A stretch of 63,874 nt of DNA, filler included, from Kipferlia bialata (taxonomy: Eukaryota), in assembly GCA_003568945.1 (NCBI GenBank). It is 4 parts of 4 records of this genome, joined end to end, with 100 filler letters (N's around TTAATTAATTAA, not from the genome) between each part and the next. Parts side by side here need not be neighbours in the genome. Positions count along the whole stretch, not along the records: positions 1 to 31,041 come from BDIP01000115.1; 3 more parts are not named here. One strand, written 5' to 3'. This document shows, piece after piece, positions 1-12,854 of the stretch (its first letter is position 1; the number at the start of each line of letters is the position of its first letter). A program made the translations under genes and the position numbers. The notes beneath the pieces were generated by a model. It was not told where the DNA came from. It did not search any database and saw nothing but the letters and a program-made list of their open reading frames with translations.

Positions 1-7
1 CATATAC

Positions 8-55
<48 letters not shown>
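1..55. repeat. (CATATA)n intronic microsatellite
   Basis: Direct tandem hexamer repeat just before the acceptor tgccag at 61-66. Confidence 0.9.
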
Positions 56-66
56 CCCGATGCCAG

Positions 67-3000
67 ATACATCCTGAGGCGGGAGAAGGGGGCTGTGCTG
101 GGCCCCAAGGATGGTACTGCCCCAGACACCGACAGGGTCAAGGGTGTCAAGGGCGTCAAGGGTGAAGGGGGGTTGGACATTAAGGCTGACTCAGACCTTG
201 TTAAGCCGGAGGCAGAGGCAGAAAAGAAGAGAGAGAGAGGGAAGGACGTGGCCCAGATGCGGCGCCTGCCTGTGAAGCTGGATGTGGTTGTGTGGATCCC
301 GCTGTCTCTGTTCCAGCTCATGATGTACAACAGCTGTATCAGATCCAAGTCATTCACCCAGATGCTGACACACACCCTAGTCGATAACAAGAGGACGCCA
401 TTCAAGCTCATATCGCTACTCAGGAAGATATGCGACTCCCCAGACCGATTGAGGTGGGTGGGAGTGAGTGTGTGGGTCTACCCGAGAGACGACGTGTGTT
501 AATTCCGTTGTCCATACCTCTGAAGTATACCCATCTGGTATCAACACCGTGTGGCCACCCCGTCTGACTGTTGCATACTAGTATATATATACGCCCTGAT
601 GCACACTGCTATTCACTAATGCATACTAGTACATAATAGCATATATACCAATACACAGGGACGAGGACTTCCTCATGTGGCCCGAGGAGGCCAGGGCCAA
701 CATATCCAGACTCATGATGTCCTTACCCCCTACCCAGAGGTCCAGCAAGCTGTCCTTTGCCATCAACCTGTGCCGTCAGATGTGTGGGCCGGACAGGGCC
801 AAGCCTAAACACAAGATGCTGATATTCAGTGAGCATGTCAAGACCCTAGACATCATAGAGGTGGGGGTGTATGGGTATATATATGTGTATGTATGTGACC
901 TGTCTTATACCAGAGTGGCCTGGGGGATGCCGGTCTGTCCTACCTTCGCATAGACGGAGGGGTCAAGGACCACGCAGAGAGACAGCGCCTCATCGACTCC
1001 TTCAACCATCCCAGGTCAGTGTGTATGTCAATGGTGTTGTGTTGTTCCATTCTTTCGCTGGATAGTTCTTGTGTCCCCTTGTGTCCCTGACAGCAGGTCC
1101 TCCACCTTTGCCTTCCTCCTGACCACTGGGGTGGGTGGGATGGGACTCAACCTCACAGCGGCAGACAGGGTGCTGCTATTCGACCCAGGTTGGATCCGTC
1201 GTACTACATTGGACATACTGCATTATATATTGACACAGTGATATACAGATGCAGACATGAGTATACGGGTGTGTATGTGTTTATGATGCAGTACCTATCC
1301 CTCTCTCTGGGTATCCCCCCTGACCCCAGAGTGGAACCCCGCCATCGAGTCCCAGGCCATTGACAGGGCATACAGGATAGGCCAGAAGAGACCGGTCGTG
1401 GTGTACAGGCTCATCACAGTGAGTACCATCGAGGAGAGGATGTTCGCAAGACAGGTACAGACTATATGACCACATGTGTCGGGGGCACTGGGGGTGTATT
1501 TGTATGATTCGTGCCATAATTGTACATTTATGATGACCTCTACCTTTTGTGAATGAATCACGTGAATATACCAGTGGCACCTCTCTCTCTCTCTCTCTCC
1601 CCCCCCCCCTTCCCCCCTTCCCCCAGGTCTTCAAGCAGGGCCTGTTCTCAGCCGCTGTCGAGCAGAGGAATACCAAGAGGTGGTTTGGCCAGTCCGAGTT
1701 CTCCGATCTGTTCAAGGCCCCAGAGGTGCCCCACTATGCACCGAGGTGGGTGGCAGTGTGATGCTGTATATCATATGGCTGTAACTAGAGCAGCATGTGT
1801 GTTGCTGGTGACACTCCTTCTATTGTGTTTGGTTCTCTCTGTGCACACCTCTATGTCAAGTGGGTAGAAGTGCCTGACTGTACCTGTATCTCTAACTCTG
1901 CAGAACTGCGCTCTCCCTTGCCTCACAGACTGGGGATGTCTTTGACACGCTGGGCAAGGTATCACGGATTGGGGGAGATGTCTCTCTCTATTTCATATGT
2001 ATTCTTTGAACGTTTGTACCTGTTGGTGTGTATGGCACCTCGATTAACTGACTGTATTGCTTGATACGCCTTCGATCAGATTTATGGGTTATTCTTTGTC
2101 TGTTTCAGTCCCTCCCCCCTGTCTTCACCCCAGGACTATGAGGCCAAGATCCCAGGCATCACCGCCCACATGAGGGGTCTCCTATCTAGGTTCAGACCCG
2201 AAGACGACCCCGGTTTCACCCATATCCAGAGCGCCTCCCACTCCTTCAACCCTGCCCTGCTACACGACACATCAGAGCATGCACCCCAGGGGTATGTGGA
2301 TAAGGACGATCAGAGGGCTGTGGCCATTGTTAAGGAGGCCGTGAACCTACTCGACATGGACCATCAAGAGGGAGAGGGAGAGGGGGAGGGGGACGAAGTG
2401 GATGGAGAGAAGGGAGGGGTGGGAGAGGACCTGGGGAATGGGGCTGTGGCTCTGTCTCTATACTCCGAGACGCTCTCTCTCAGGGACAACCCTCTCAATA
2501 TGCCCCCGGAACAAGTCAAGCAACTCATAGCACGGTACGGCACAACGATGACAGGCCTTGATATGGGCACAGTGACAGGGACTGGTATAGGGACAGGTAT
2601 AGGGGTCACAGGCCAAGTTGGGGGGTCTCCCCACCCCATGTCTCAACACCTGACAGGGGCTGGGGGTCCCTCCACCACCCATCCCAACACCCACGCCAAC
2701 ACCCACGCCAACACCCACGCCACAGTGCCCTTTGGGATGCCGGGTATAGGGGGTATAGGGGGTATGGGTGGTGGTATAGGTGGGGGGATGGGTGGTGTGG
2801 GTGGGCCTGGAGTCAGCGTTCCAGGCCACTACCCGTCTGCCTTCGCCAACCCCCTCTCATCCAACCAGGCCCTGATGCCTATCATCGATGATGGAAGCGG
2901 TATATATGGAGCCAGGGTGGGGCATGGTGCTGGTATCGATCAGTCTCAAGATATGGGAACAGGCCAGAGGGAGAGGGAGAGGGAGAGGGAGAGGGAGTGG

Positions 3001-3923
3001 GGAGCTGGCACTAGAACAACCCCTAACATTCTGCAGAAGATGATTTCCAACGCTCGTGGCCGTTCCTTCTCACGGCCGACTTCGTCTGCCCCTGTGCATC
3101 CTGATACACATGGGGCACAAGGGGTGGCCAGGGCAGGGCAGGGCCTGGAGAGTCCCTCTGGACTCTTTGGCCTGGGGCACCCCAGGGGGCAGCCCCGTAC
3201 CTTGGGGGGTGGGGTAGTTAGGGGAGGGTTCTCCACCCGGCCTAGCTTCATGCCTCAGGGTAAGTATTCCAGTTTCTGTGTGTATTGTACTACCCATCCT
3301 CACGTGTCTCTTAGTATGTCGTAGTATAATCACCTTTCTATGTCATATTTTTGTATACTTGTGTTTATAGTTGAATATTTACACTATACCTATAGCATAT
3401 GCGTGGTCTTGCTTTCCATACGCATATAGATATGCCATAATTCGATTCAGTTGTCTGGGGATAAGATCTCTATACCCCGTCTCCACGGATTCAATACACA
3501 TTCTGACATCTTGTGTATACCCCCTGTTGACCCCTAGGAGATGGGTCCGTCAGGATGTCTGTCCATGGTCGGTCTGCCAGGCCGGTGCCCATAGGCATGC
3601 ACGGGGGTCTCAATGTCAGTGTATCAGGCAGGCCAGTGGGAGGGGTGGGTACCCCCAGTGACCCTACTGCCACCCATAGCATGTCTGGGGTGGGAGAGGT
3701 GGTGGAGCTGGACGCGGCAGGAGACCTCGAGGTGCAGGGCGAGGTCTATGACGCCACTGGTGTGTCCGACACCACCAACCGAGGCAGGGGGGCGGGGCGG
3801 GGCCATGCTGTACATACAGATGCGGCACATGTATATACAGATGGTGTGGCAGGGGCTGAGGCAGATATAGTGGAGCTGTCAGATGCAGACCTCTCCTTGG
3901 GAGATATCCTGGACTTTGATTGA
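67..3923 (+). CDS. SNF2-family helicase, ERCC6L/PICH (CHR24)-like; 3' part, multi-exon
   Basis: Spliced exons (~67-452, 659-860, 914-1013, 1096-1188, 1330-1454, 1627-1744, 2134-3258, 3538-3923) give [91 protein letters not shown] and [15 protein letters not shown]. These are SNF2 helicase-C motifs typical of the ERCC6 group, followed by a low-complexity tail. Confidence 0.85.
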
Positions 3924-3930
3924 CTCTCTG

Positions 3931-3985
3931 ATTAGGACTTACTAGGACTGACTAGGACTGACTAGGACTGACTAGGACTGACTAG
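3931..3985. repeat. 10-bp minisatellite (ACTAGGACTG)n
   Basis: About 5 tandem units directly after the helicase stop codon. Confidence 0.85.
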
Positions 3986-5828
3986 AGAGACCGGCCTGTT
4001 ATGGGTAGGAGCTGGCCTGGCGACCTATGTTTCTCAGATGGTACTTTTGGCCAACCGTACTGATTTTGACACTGTATATGATTCACCACCATATGCACAT
4101 GTATACACACACACATGGACCCAAGTGGAAGAGCACCCATTACCTTCCACTGTTGTTGGTGCCATGTTTCTATATCAAGCTCTTCTTCTTTACTTTTGTT
4201 TCGTTAGCTAGATGACCTTCCTTAATCCGAATTGGTGTATATAAATGGGTAGCGGTGTATGAGTGTCTCTCTACAGTACAGAGTATCAGGCATCGACCGC
4301 CTTTCCCAGGTTCCATAGGGTAGAGAGATGGTTCTACCCTGTTTGAAAAAGTGACGTAGCAGCGCTATGGACACCAAAAGTGGTTTTCCGGGATATCGTG
4401 TGTCATGAAATGGGTGAGATTCATTAGTCACAGTTACCATCAGAGAAGGGCAACCTTTTGGAAAATAGGCAGGGGAGGTACTCAATTACTCGTTATAGCA
4501 GCATGTATAACGACCACGAAAGAACGAATCAGTTCTGGAGAGGCGAGACTATGACGTAGAATCGCTCGGTTCATCGGGCAGCCAGAATAGTTGGTATGTC
4601 TTGATATCTACACGGTACATCCTCAGAAGTGTGAGATTGGTTACAGGACTTCGTTGTGACAGCGAGGTTCGTTGTTGCACTAGCGACATCGGTGTCCATA
4701 TTGATATGTGGCAACTACTTGCACTCTCAATTATTGGCCCAATAGTGCCATTACAGTATATATATCATTGTTTGCCGTTGGTGTGTCTGTACGTCGAGTC
4801 GTAAACGTGATTACTCAAAACAGTTGATACTGAGGGTATATACCATCGATGTCTGTGGGTATCATCTCGGAGCCGTAGTGATTCACTACTAGTAAACCTT
4901 CCAAATTGTGGAGAATCATATGTGAATAGTGTGGCGGCATAGTAGCCACTGCATAGTGTTAGAGTACGATAACCAAAGATGATATGTGAGATTTTGGATT
5001 AGTGAGATAGTTGAGACAGATGGCATATCTATCTCTCTTCGCTGTGTTACAGCATAAATCGTGGATTTTTTAGCATTTCCCGCGCTCGGGGTGGCGCGAT
5101 ACCACAATAGAGAGGCTAGAGAACAGTCATATGACCAGAGGTGTACTGGGGATAGACTTGGGCTGCATGTCTGCAACACAGACCGCCATATATCTCGACA
5201 TTGAGGATAGAGCCCCAAGTATAGGAGGCACCCGTCTTCATCGGAGACACTTCCTGACAGAGGAGAGGTAAAGATTCACTGTGGAATCGGTTGGACCAGG
5301 ATACCCCTACACGAACTTCAATATAGCACAACTATCACATACACGAGACATGAGGTGGTCGGGAGGTCTGTGGGGAATGACACCACATCAGCAAATAACC
5401 CTTTCGACATAGTTACACGTTGGGTCGTACTAAACAAGCCAACGCAGATATATACTGACTCATCGATATCGAGTAGTATTAGTGCCATACTGCACTGACT
5501 ACGTTTCTCCCTTTCTACAATAGAACCTCGAGCAAGTCTATCGGTGTCACCTGTCAGGCAAGAGCCCCATTTTCATCTCCAATTAATTAGTGACCCATCA
5601 TATTGTCACTCTTCCTCCAAAACAACAGAGGAGAGACAGAGGTCCCATGACAAGATACACCAGGTAGCATTATCTCCTTGGCCCGTGCAAAGTCAATACC
5701 AGTGGTATTGATTTACTAGCTGTGTCCTTGTAGGGAACAACCGAGTGTCCAAAGAGAAGAAAGAAACACTCTGGATCAGAAGAAGTCCACACAGAAGCAT
5801 GTCTATTAATCCCAGCAACGTCAGCAAC

Positions 5829-8800
5829 CTAAGGATAGAGCCGCAGCAGGCGACCCCCCACGTCCTGGGTGTGTGGGTACCGGAAGTGCTGTCTGCCCAC
5901 ACTGGACAGCACAGCAGTGGCCAGGGCATGGCCCTCAGCGGCAGGGAGGGTGAGGGGGAGAGAGGGGTCGCTAAAGGCCAGGGCCTCGGCCCAGGGCAGA
6001 AGCTGGTCCACGAAGCTACCAGCTGCCAGGGCTGCAGCGATGCGTCTGACGACCCCCACGAGTAGGGAGGGAGAGAGGAGGTGGAGCACGGGCCCTGTGC
6101 GTATGCATGTCTGCACCACAGAGAGGGGGTCAGGGGAGGAGAGGGCGGCCGAGTACACATCACCCACCACAGACGGGGTGTACGCCTCTGACGTCCCAGG
6201 GCCACGTACAGTATCTACAGTATCAACTGTTACATGGGCACTGGTCCTATGATGTGCATGGGTCTGAGCAGACAGAGCGTGGTGGGGCACTGCACCAGAG
6301 TGGAGTGTCGTTGCACTGCCAGTTGTCGTTGGTGCTAGACTGGCACCTGTCAGTCCCTCTGACCCGGACATATACATACCCCTCCGACCCATCTGAGGAT
6401 ACTGCCCATTACTATGATTATGGTATGTTTGACCCAATCCCTGACTACTACCAGGCTGGTGTGTGTGGTACCTACCCCTCTCTCCCCCTGTATCTGTCTG
6501 CCAGTGTGTACCCACCACAGGCACCTGGGCCACCCTCTTCTCCAGACCCTCCACCCGTGTCTCCACCTGCCCCAGCCTCTCCTCCACCCCGTCCACCCTC
6601 TGCATCACTCCAGCCTCTAGGGCATCCATCCTACCCACCAACACACCCTCCAGAGATGCCACCAGTCTCCGCACTGCCTCAGTGGCAGACCGGGTGGCAT
6701 TGAGCTGCTCTGCCACAGGCCCCTTCTCCGGCACAACCCCAGCAGCCACCCTAGCCGCCATGCCATCCAGTCTGGCACGGGCTCTGAGATCACCTGGGTG
6801 AGAAATAGGGTAGTACTTAGAGCGTATACATCTAGTACGAAAAATACACACTAGTATAGGCTGCTGGTATGATTCAGCACAGAATACACACCTGCATGTG
6901 GTGACCCCGACATATGGGGTCGGTGCACACGACACGATGCAGCCCTGACATCTGTAATACCAGGGGACAGGGAAGGGGGTACCCCATATTGACCGACACC
7001 TGATGACTTAGTGGACAGAGACCCCAGGCCACTCTGTCTCTGTTGATACTGTATGTGTCGGGGGTGGGGGTGCAGCGGCAAGGAGGGGTGTACAGACAGA
7101 GCCCCCAGGGTCTGGGACTGGTGGGAGTGCCCTATGTCTCTGGATGACTGGTGATGCCTTACACTCGTGTCTGAACGTCCTGAGGTATCAGGTGTATCAG
7201 GCGTGTCACTGACAGAGACAGACGGCATGACCCCCCCTGCTGTATCACCCCCTGGGACACTATCACTGCCGACATGCCCCATAGACATAGACATGGAGGT
7301 GTGTCCATGCCTGTCACTGCCAGTGTCGGTATCAATACCAACCCGCTGATCGGGACCTGTCTCTAATGCCAATGATGACGGTGGTTCCTGGTCTAATACA
7401 CCCTGATCCATAGTGGTACCAACACCATTCACCGGTTGTCCCTCCCCTTCCTCTCCAGACACCCTGTGATGCATAGGTGGAGGCATGCCTGTGTCCCTGT
7501 CCCTATCCCTGACTGATACTCTACTGGTAGCACCCCTGCCCCTATGCTTCACAGTGCCAGCGGTGCCCCTCTCCTTTTGACCACCACCAGTGCCACCACC
7601 ACTCCCCGCCCTAGCCCCCACCCCACAGGCATCGAGGCTCTCCAGCACTGCCTCACGGACATGGCTGATGCGGTCAAACCTGGGGGTCAGACGGGATGGG
7701 ACAGATATAGACACACCTGGAACTGGGGTGTCTACAGTGTATATGAGTGTATGGAGACACCCATCCACGTATAGATGTGTGAGGGAAGTGAGGGTAAAAC
7801 ATACGATGACGCCCCCCCCCCTACCATTACTTTAACCACGGCTCTATATCGGATAAGGATCCCATATGCTATCCATGCTACACCCCCTACCTAGCACCCT
7901 CCAGCGCCTGTTCTATCTGTTGGAGGTGGGCACGGGTTGCAGCTGCCTGGTGTGTGTCTACCCCTACCCTGTCACTGCTGAGCTGGGTGGTGGCTAGTAC
8001 CCCACCAAGACGGGCGGCGGCACACCTACAGTGTAAGCATGAGTGCTGAGTGGCACCTGTCCAGAGCCTAGTAGCCACCATACATACTGTCCACACCCTC
8101 CCCATACACATGTATGCCGACCTGTCCATACCTTGTCTGCCAGTGGGAACAGGTCACATACTGCACACACACACCCACAACCCTGTGGATCTGGAGGGAC
8201 AGGGACCCTGGGGGTGAGGCTGGAGGGGAGGGCCTATCAACAACAAGCAGTATCCATATCAGATCTATCCATATACACATATATACACATGCGCACCTGG
8301 GTGTTGGGTGGATAGTAGACAGAGTGTACCCAGTAGGCCTAGGGCAGCCTCTGTGCACACACTCCCCCCCTTGTCAATAGACGCATCCACCACCCCCAGC
8401 ACCCTGTCTGCCACTCTGTCCAGTACCCCAGAGGCCATGAGGCAGGGGGGGGCGGCCTCGACAACAGTGCCTATGCATACAAGGGCCCTGGCCTAGGGTC
8501 AGAGAGCATGAGAGCCTGGTGGTACTACATACACAAACATAGAATAGAAGGGACACTTGACAACCACGGTGCCGGTGTTGGTATATCAGCATCGCCCCTC
8601 CCCCCACTGTACCTGCTGGGTGGCTGGGGGTGTGGACCCCACCCTGAACAGGGGTCTCAGCAGCACACGCAGGCTCACATCTGTCTCCAGCTGCCCCAGC
8701 ACACACCTGGTCAGCTCCGCAAAGGCACGGGACACCTGGGTCAGACTGGAAGTATCAGAGTCAGTGTCAGAGTATCAGAGTGTCATAGTGAGCCCCCACC

Positions 8801-9376
8801 TCGTGTCCCAGGGCTGTGTCCTGGGGGCATGCCTCGACGAACCTGACCAGACACGAGGCCATGGAGGGTAGGTGCGGCACACAGGAGGGGCCAAGGTGGG
8901 TGGCCACAAGGCCGATGCACCTGGCGGCAGAGCGGAGGGCTGGGGTGAGCAGAGGTGGGACAAGAAGACATAATGAGACATATTGAGACATATATAGTGA
9001 GAGGTGGCATCACGGCTCCCATACAAGCACAGGTCTCCACCCACCATTGGGCCCATGCACAGTGTCCGTGGCAGACACAGCCTCTAGGAAGGCGCCCAGG
9101 GCAGAGGGAGAGAGGTCTCTGACAATGGATTCAAGCTCGGCATCTGACAGATGAGTATATAGTACACTCTGTACTTCATGGACTGCCATGTACACATGGA
9201 TATATATATATATATATATACATCCATACCCACACCCACCTGATCTCTGTCTGGTTGAGAAGTCTGTGCTCTTACCAAGGGCCTGGGGTGAGACATGGAA
9301 CCCTGGTCTATATCACAGCACAGTGACAGATACATACCGTCTGTGTTGCCTGCAGAACATCCGACCTACGACCCAT
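5829..9376 (-). CDS. TORTIFOLIA1/SPIRAL2-like microtubule-associated HEAT/TOG protein, multi-exon
   Basis: Spliced N-terminus MGRRSDVLQATQT/ALGKSTDFSTRQRS/DAELESIVRDLSPSALGAFL. Also EGARFDRISHVREAVLESL (cf. plant EACRFDKIKPVR motif), a coiled coil ending VETRVEGLEKRV, and C-terminal GDVYSAALSSPDPLSVVQTCIRTGPVLHLLS (cf. plant LLVKLMDRSGPVLDQLS). Comparison is from memory. Confidence 0.8.
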
Positions 9377-9756
9377 ATAGAATCAGTGTCAGTATCAATG
9401 TCTATGGTCCATAGGCCATAGGGCGGCAGATTGATACAGAGGCAACAGTGACCCTCACTGAAGAGGGGGCTAAGCATCTCTCTTCTGCAACAACCTGAGA
9501 AATTTCCTTTTGCTTTTCGGAGAAAGCCAACTCGCTTGCCACAAGCTCTTGGTGACCTAATTGTATAACATCATCTGAATGGTACATTGTCTCCCTTCCA
9601 TGTTTGTGTTACAAGACAAGGGACATGCAATAGGAAACACTGTCTGAATAGCCCTGAACCACACGGATATATGGTACACATTTATGGACTGACATGCAAC
9701 CAGGCTAGTCCGGATATGTTCCTGTGGCTATGCACTCCACTCAGTCTCTGGGAGTC

Positions 9757-12652
9757 CTAACAGGCCATCAGGCACTGTGGGATGTCGACGGTCAGCGACA
9801 CGTAGCAGGCCTGGGGGTAAGGCAGGGGGGGTAGAGCTGAACAGAGAATAATGACAGAAGATAACACATACCATGAAAGAGTGTATACATATATAAGACC
9901 AAGGAAAGGAAATGAGAACGAAAGAATACACCAGAGTTTGAATAGCACCCACCTCATCCGGCACGACCAGGGTGATGTCCTTGGTCTCTCCCTCTGAGTA
10001 GGCGTACAGGGTGACACACACAGAGCCCCCCTTGCCGGGGTCCCCCCTGTCCCCCCTCACCCCCAGCACCTTTCCGCAGTGCTGTAGGTCTGAGGCGGAG
10101 GGCGTCTCCCTGCCCTTGGGGGCCTTGTCCCACCTCAGCTGTATCTCGGTCTTGTAGGCAGTCACTACAGCACACCTCGGCTGCACCTTGCCCCTTCTGT
10201 TCACCTTGCCCACCCTCATGACCTGGGCACAGGGCAGACCGGACACACGGGCACTGAGAGAGGGGGGGACAGCCCCCTCGCCTGAGGCCAGGGAGACAGA
10301 CTCAGATGCAGCAGAGGCGGATAGGGTGAGGGTGGGGTTGGGTGCCCCCTGGGGGTGGGGGGTGAACATGGCATCTGAGGAGCTGACTGTGACACTGGTG
10401 GTGTCTGGGGGAAGGGCGGTGCTGGTAGTGTCCTTGGCACGGTCAGTGTCAACAACAGTATCAGTATCAGACACTACCTCGGCAGCGAGAGAGAGGGGGG
10501 CAGGGTTGGGCACGTCACCCTCCCCCTCCCCACCTCCCATACCGACAGACAGGGTCTCGGTTCCGTGACCCTCCTCTGCCTCTGCCTCTGCATCTGCATC
10601 TGCCTCTGCCTCTGCCTCTGGGACTGGGACTGGGACTGGGTCACTGGTGGGTAGGGATGCCGCCTCAGACTCAGACTCCCTCACCTGGATAGGCTCGGTG
10701 TCTGTTCCTAGCACTCCACCAGTCTCCTCCTCCCCCTCTGACTCTGGGTGGGCCACAGGCCTGGGCTGTCCCAGCATCTGCACTGCATCCAGGGGGGGCA
10801 GGGCGGACTGGGGCGACTCGTCTCTGGCCACACTCCCCTTGGGCCCCATGAGACTACCAGACTGCACGGAGGGCACCCTCCCCTCCCTCCCCTGCAGCAG
10901 GGTCTGGAGGGGCAGGGCGGGGGGGGCATCACTCCCTCCCAGGCAGGCAGACCGCCCCCTCCTCTCAGACTCCCTCTGGGACGGTGTCTGCGAGGACCGT
11001 ACCCTCTCAGACTGGGGACACCCGGTCCTGGCAGACCGTCTCTTCTTGCTGGACCCCCTCCCAGTGAGACCCGAGTGCACCCTGCGTGTCTCCTGCTCCA
11101 GGGCCAGTCCCACCGAGTACCGATGGCTCGACACACCCCTAGCAGGAGAGAACTCGAGGGTGTCGGTGCGGCCTGGGAGTGGGAAACGCATGCATAAGTA
11201 GAGATGGTATGTACTGAAATACAGATCATATCTACACTGACACTGGCCCTAACTGTCTGGTACCTGAGTGGAGGCTGGACCCGTGGGGGCTGCACACCTT
11301 GGACCGTGCCAGGGCAGAGACCTCCTTTAGCCTGAGGTCCCTCTGCCTTCTGGCCTCCTTGGCCGCCGCCTCCTCCTCTCTCTCTCTCTGGGCCGCAGCC
11401 TCTCTCTCCCTGACCACACGCAGATATGCCGCCCTGCTGCGACTGGGCTTTGCCCTCTCTCTCTCCTTTGGCGAAGCGGATGAGACCTGGTTGGGTTAGA
11501 ACCAAACAGGGGGCAGCAGAGGAGGTGATATACATACAAGGACAGTGGCCTGAATAATAGACCACCTAGAGATACACTTCCTGGATAGTACATGTACACT
11601 ACTAACAGAGTCATGCACACTATATGCATACATGTAAGGATATAGACACATACATATCCATGTACCAGCACATACCACAGTATCCTCCTTGGTTGGGGAG
11701 CCCTGGGGTCCGTCACCCTGATCTGCCTCTCCCTCCCCAGGGGCTGTGTCTGCCTCTCCCTGCTCAGTGGGTGTTAGGGGCCTGAGCCCCAGTCCGTCCC
11801 GACACACAGCTGGGGCCGTCTCGGCTATGAGTTGGTCGATGTCCTCCAGGGAGAGAGCAGCGGCCTGGGCAGCTATGGCCTGGGAGTCCACCTGTCCAGC
11901 ACGGTCAGTCTCTGCCTCTGCCTCTGCCTCACACCCAGGAGACTGAGACTCAGGGTCTGGCCCATCTGTCTCTGGGGAGACATCCACAGCCTCAGCCTCT
12001 GTCTCCGCCTCTGCCTCTACAGGATCAGTCCCCTCTGCGCCCTCTGCCTCTGCCTCTGCCTCAGCCATAGACACCTCGCCCGATGCAGGTGAGGGGTACT
12101 CCTCCACAGGGAGAGAGAGAGAGTCAGGGTCTCTGGCCAGCGCAGGGGCAGGGGCAGACGGCAGTAGAGACGTGGGGGCCTCGTCATAGACTGGCATGTC
12201 TGAGCCGTTGTCCTCCAGGGGCTCTGTGGTCACTGGGCCTGATCCCCCACTGGGACTGGGTGTGTAGGGGGCGGCATCGCACAGCCGGAAGATGGGGGTC
12301 CTCAGCACCGTGTCGACATCGGCATCACCCCCTGGCCTCATATGGAGGGACTGTCCCTGCAGCGCTGGGAAGTCGTCCCACCCGCAGGTGTCAGACAGGG
12401 TCGGGGAGCTCACCTTGCCGCTGACAATGCCCTCATCACTGGGGGAGTACCCGCCGGGGCTGTCCCCCCCCTCTGCTGCCACAGTGGCTGAGTCAGGGGG
12501 CCTGGGGTTAGGCCAGACTAAGTACACACTAGCTGTTAAGATATACTGTATACAGATACTACGAGAGTGGGCAGAGAGTGCACAATGACATGCCTGTTCT
12601 CGGGTATCCTGCCCTGCCCTCCATCGTCTGAACTCCTCTTGCCCACGTTCAT
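9757..12652 (-). CDS. Uncharacterised acidic low-complexity protein with short coiled coil and C-terminal PH-like segment, multi-exon
   Basis: Long open exons (~11680-12501, ~11297-11486, ~9954-11190) bounded by splice signals. C-terminal QVMRVGKVNRRGKVQPRCAVV..IQLRWDK resembles PH-domain strands. The 3' end is uncertain. Confidence 0.5.
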
Positions 12653-12854
12653 GTGCCACAAGGGGTCAGCCAAGACAGAGGCGGTCACAGCGAGCAATTG
12701 CGACCCGTCTTGGTGAATAGATGGCAGTTGAGGTAAACAGTAAGCTCAGGCTTGACTCAGGCCCTATACAATATTGAGGGTTTGTCTAAGCTTAGATCAT
12801 CAAAAACTGGCTCATTTCTGTCTGTCACTGATCTTCCCTTCTACCCAGTCTCCG

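Noticed and set aside
4000..5690. Long intergenic stretch as RNA gene or transposon
   Set aside because: No tRNA, rRNA, terminal-repeat or transposase signature could be recognised by eye. The same applies to 37500-38700 and 42150-43100.
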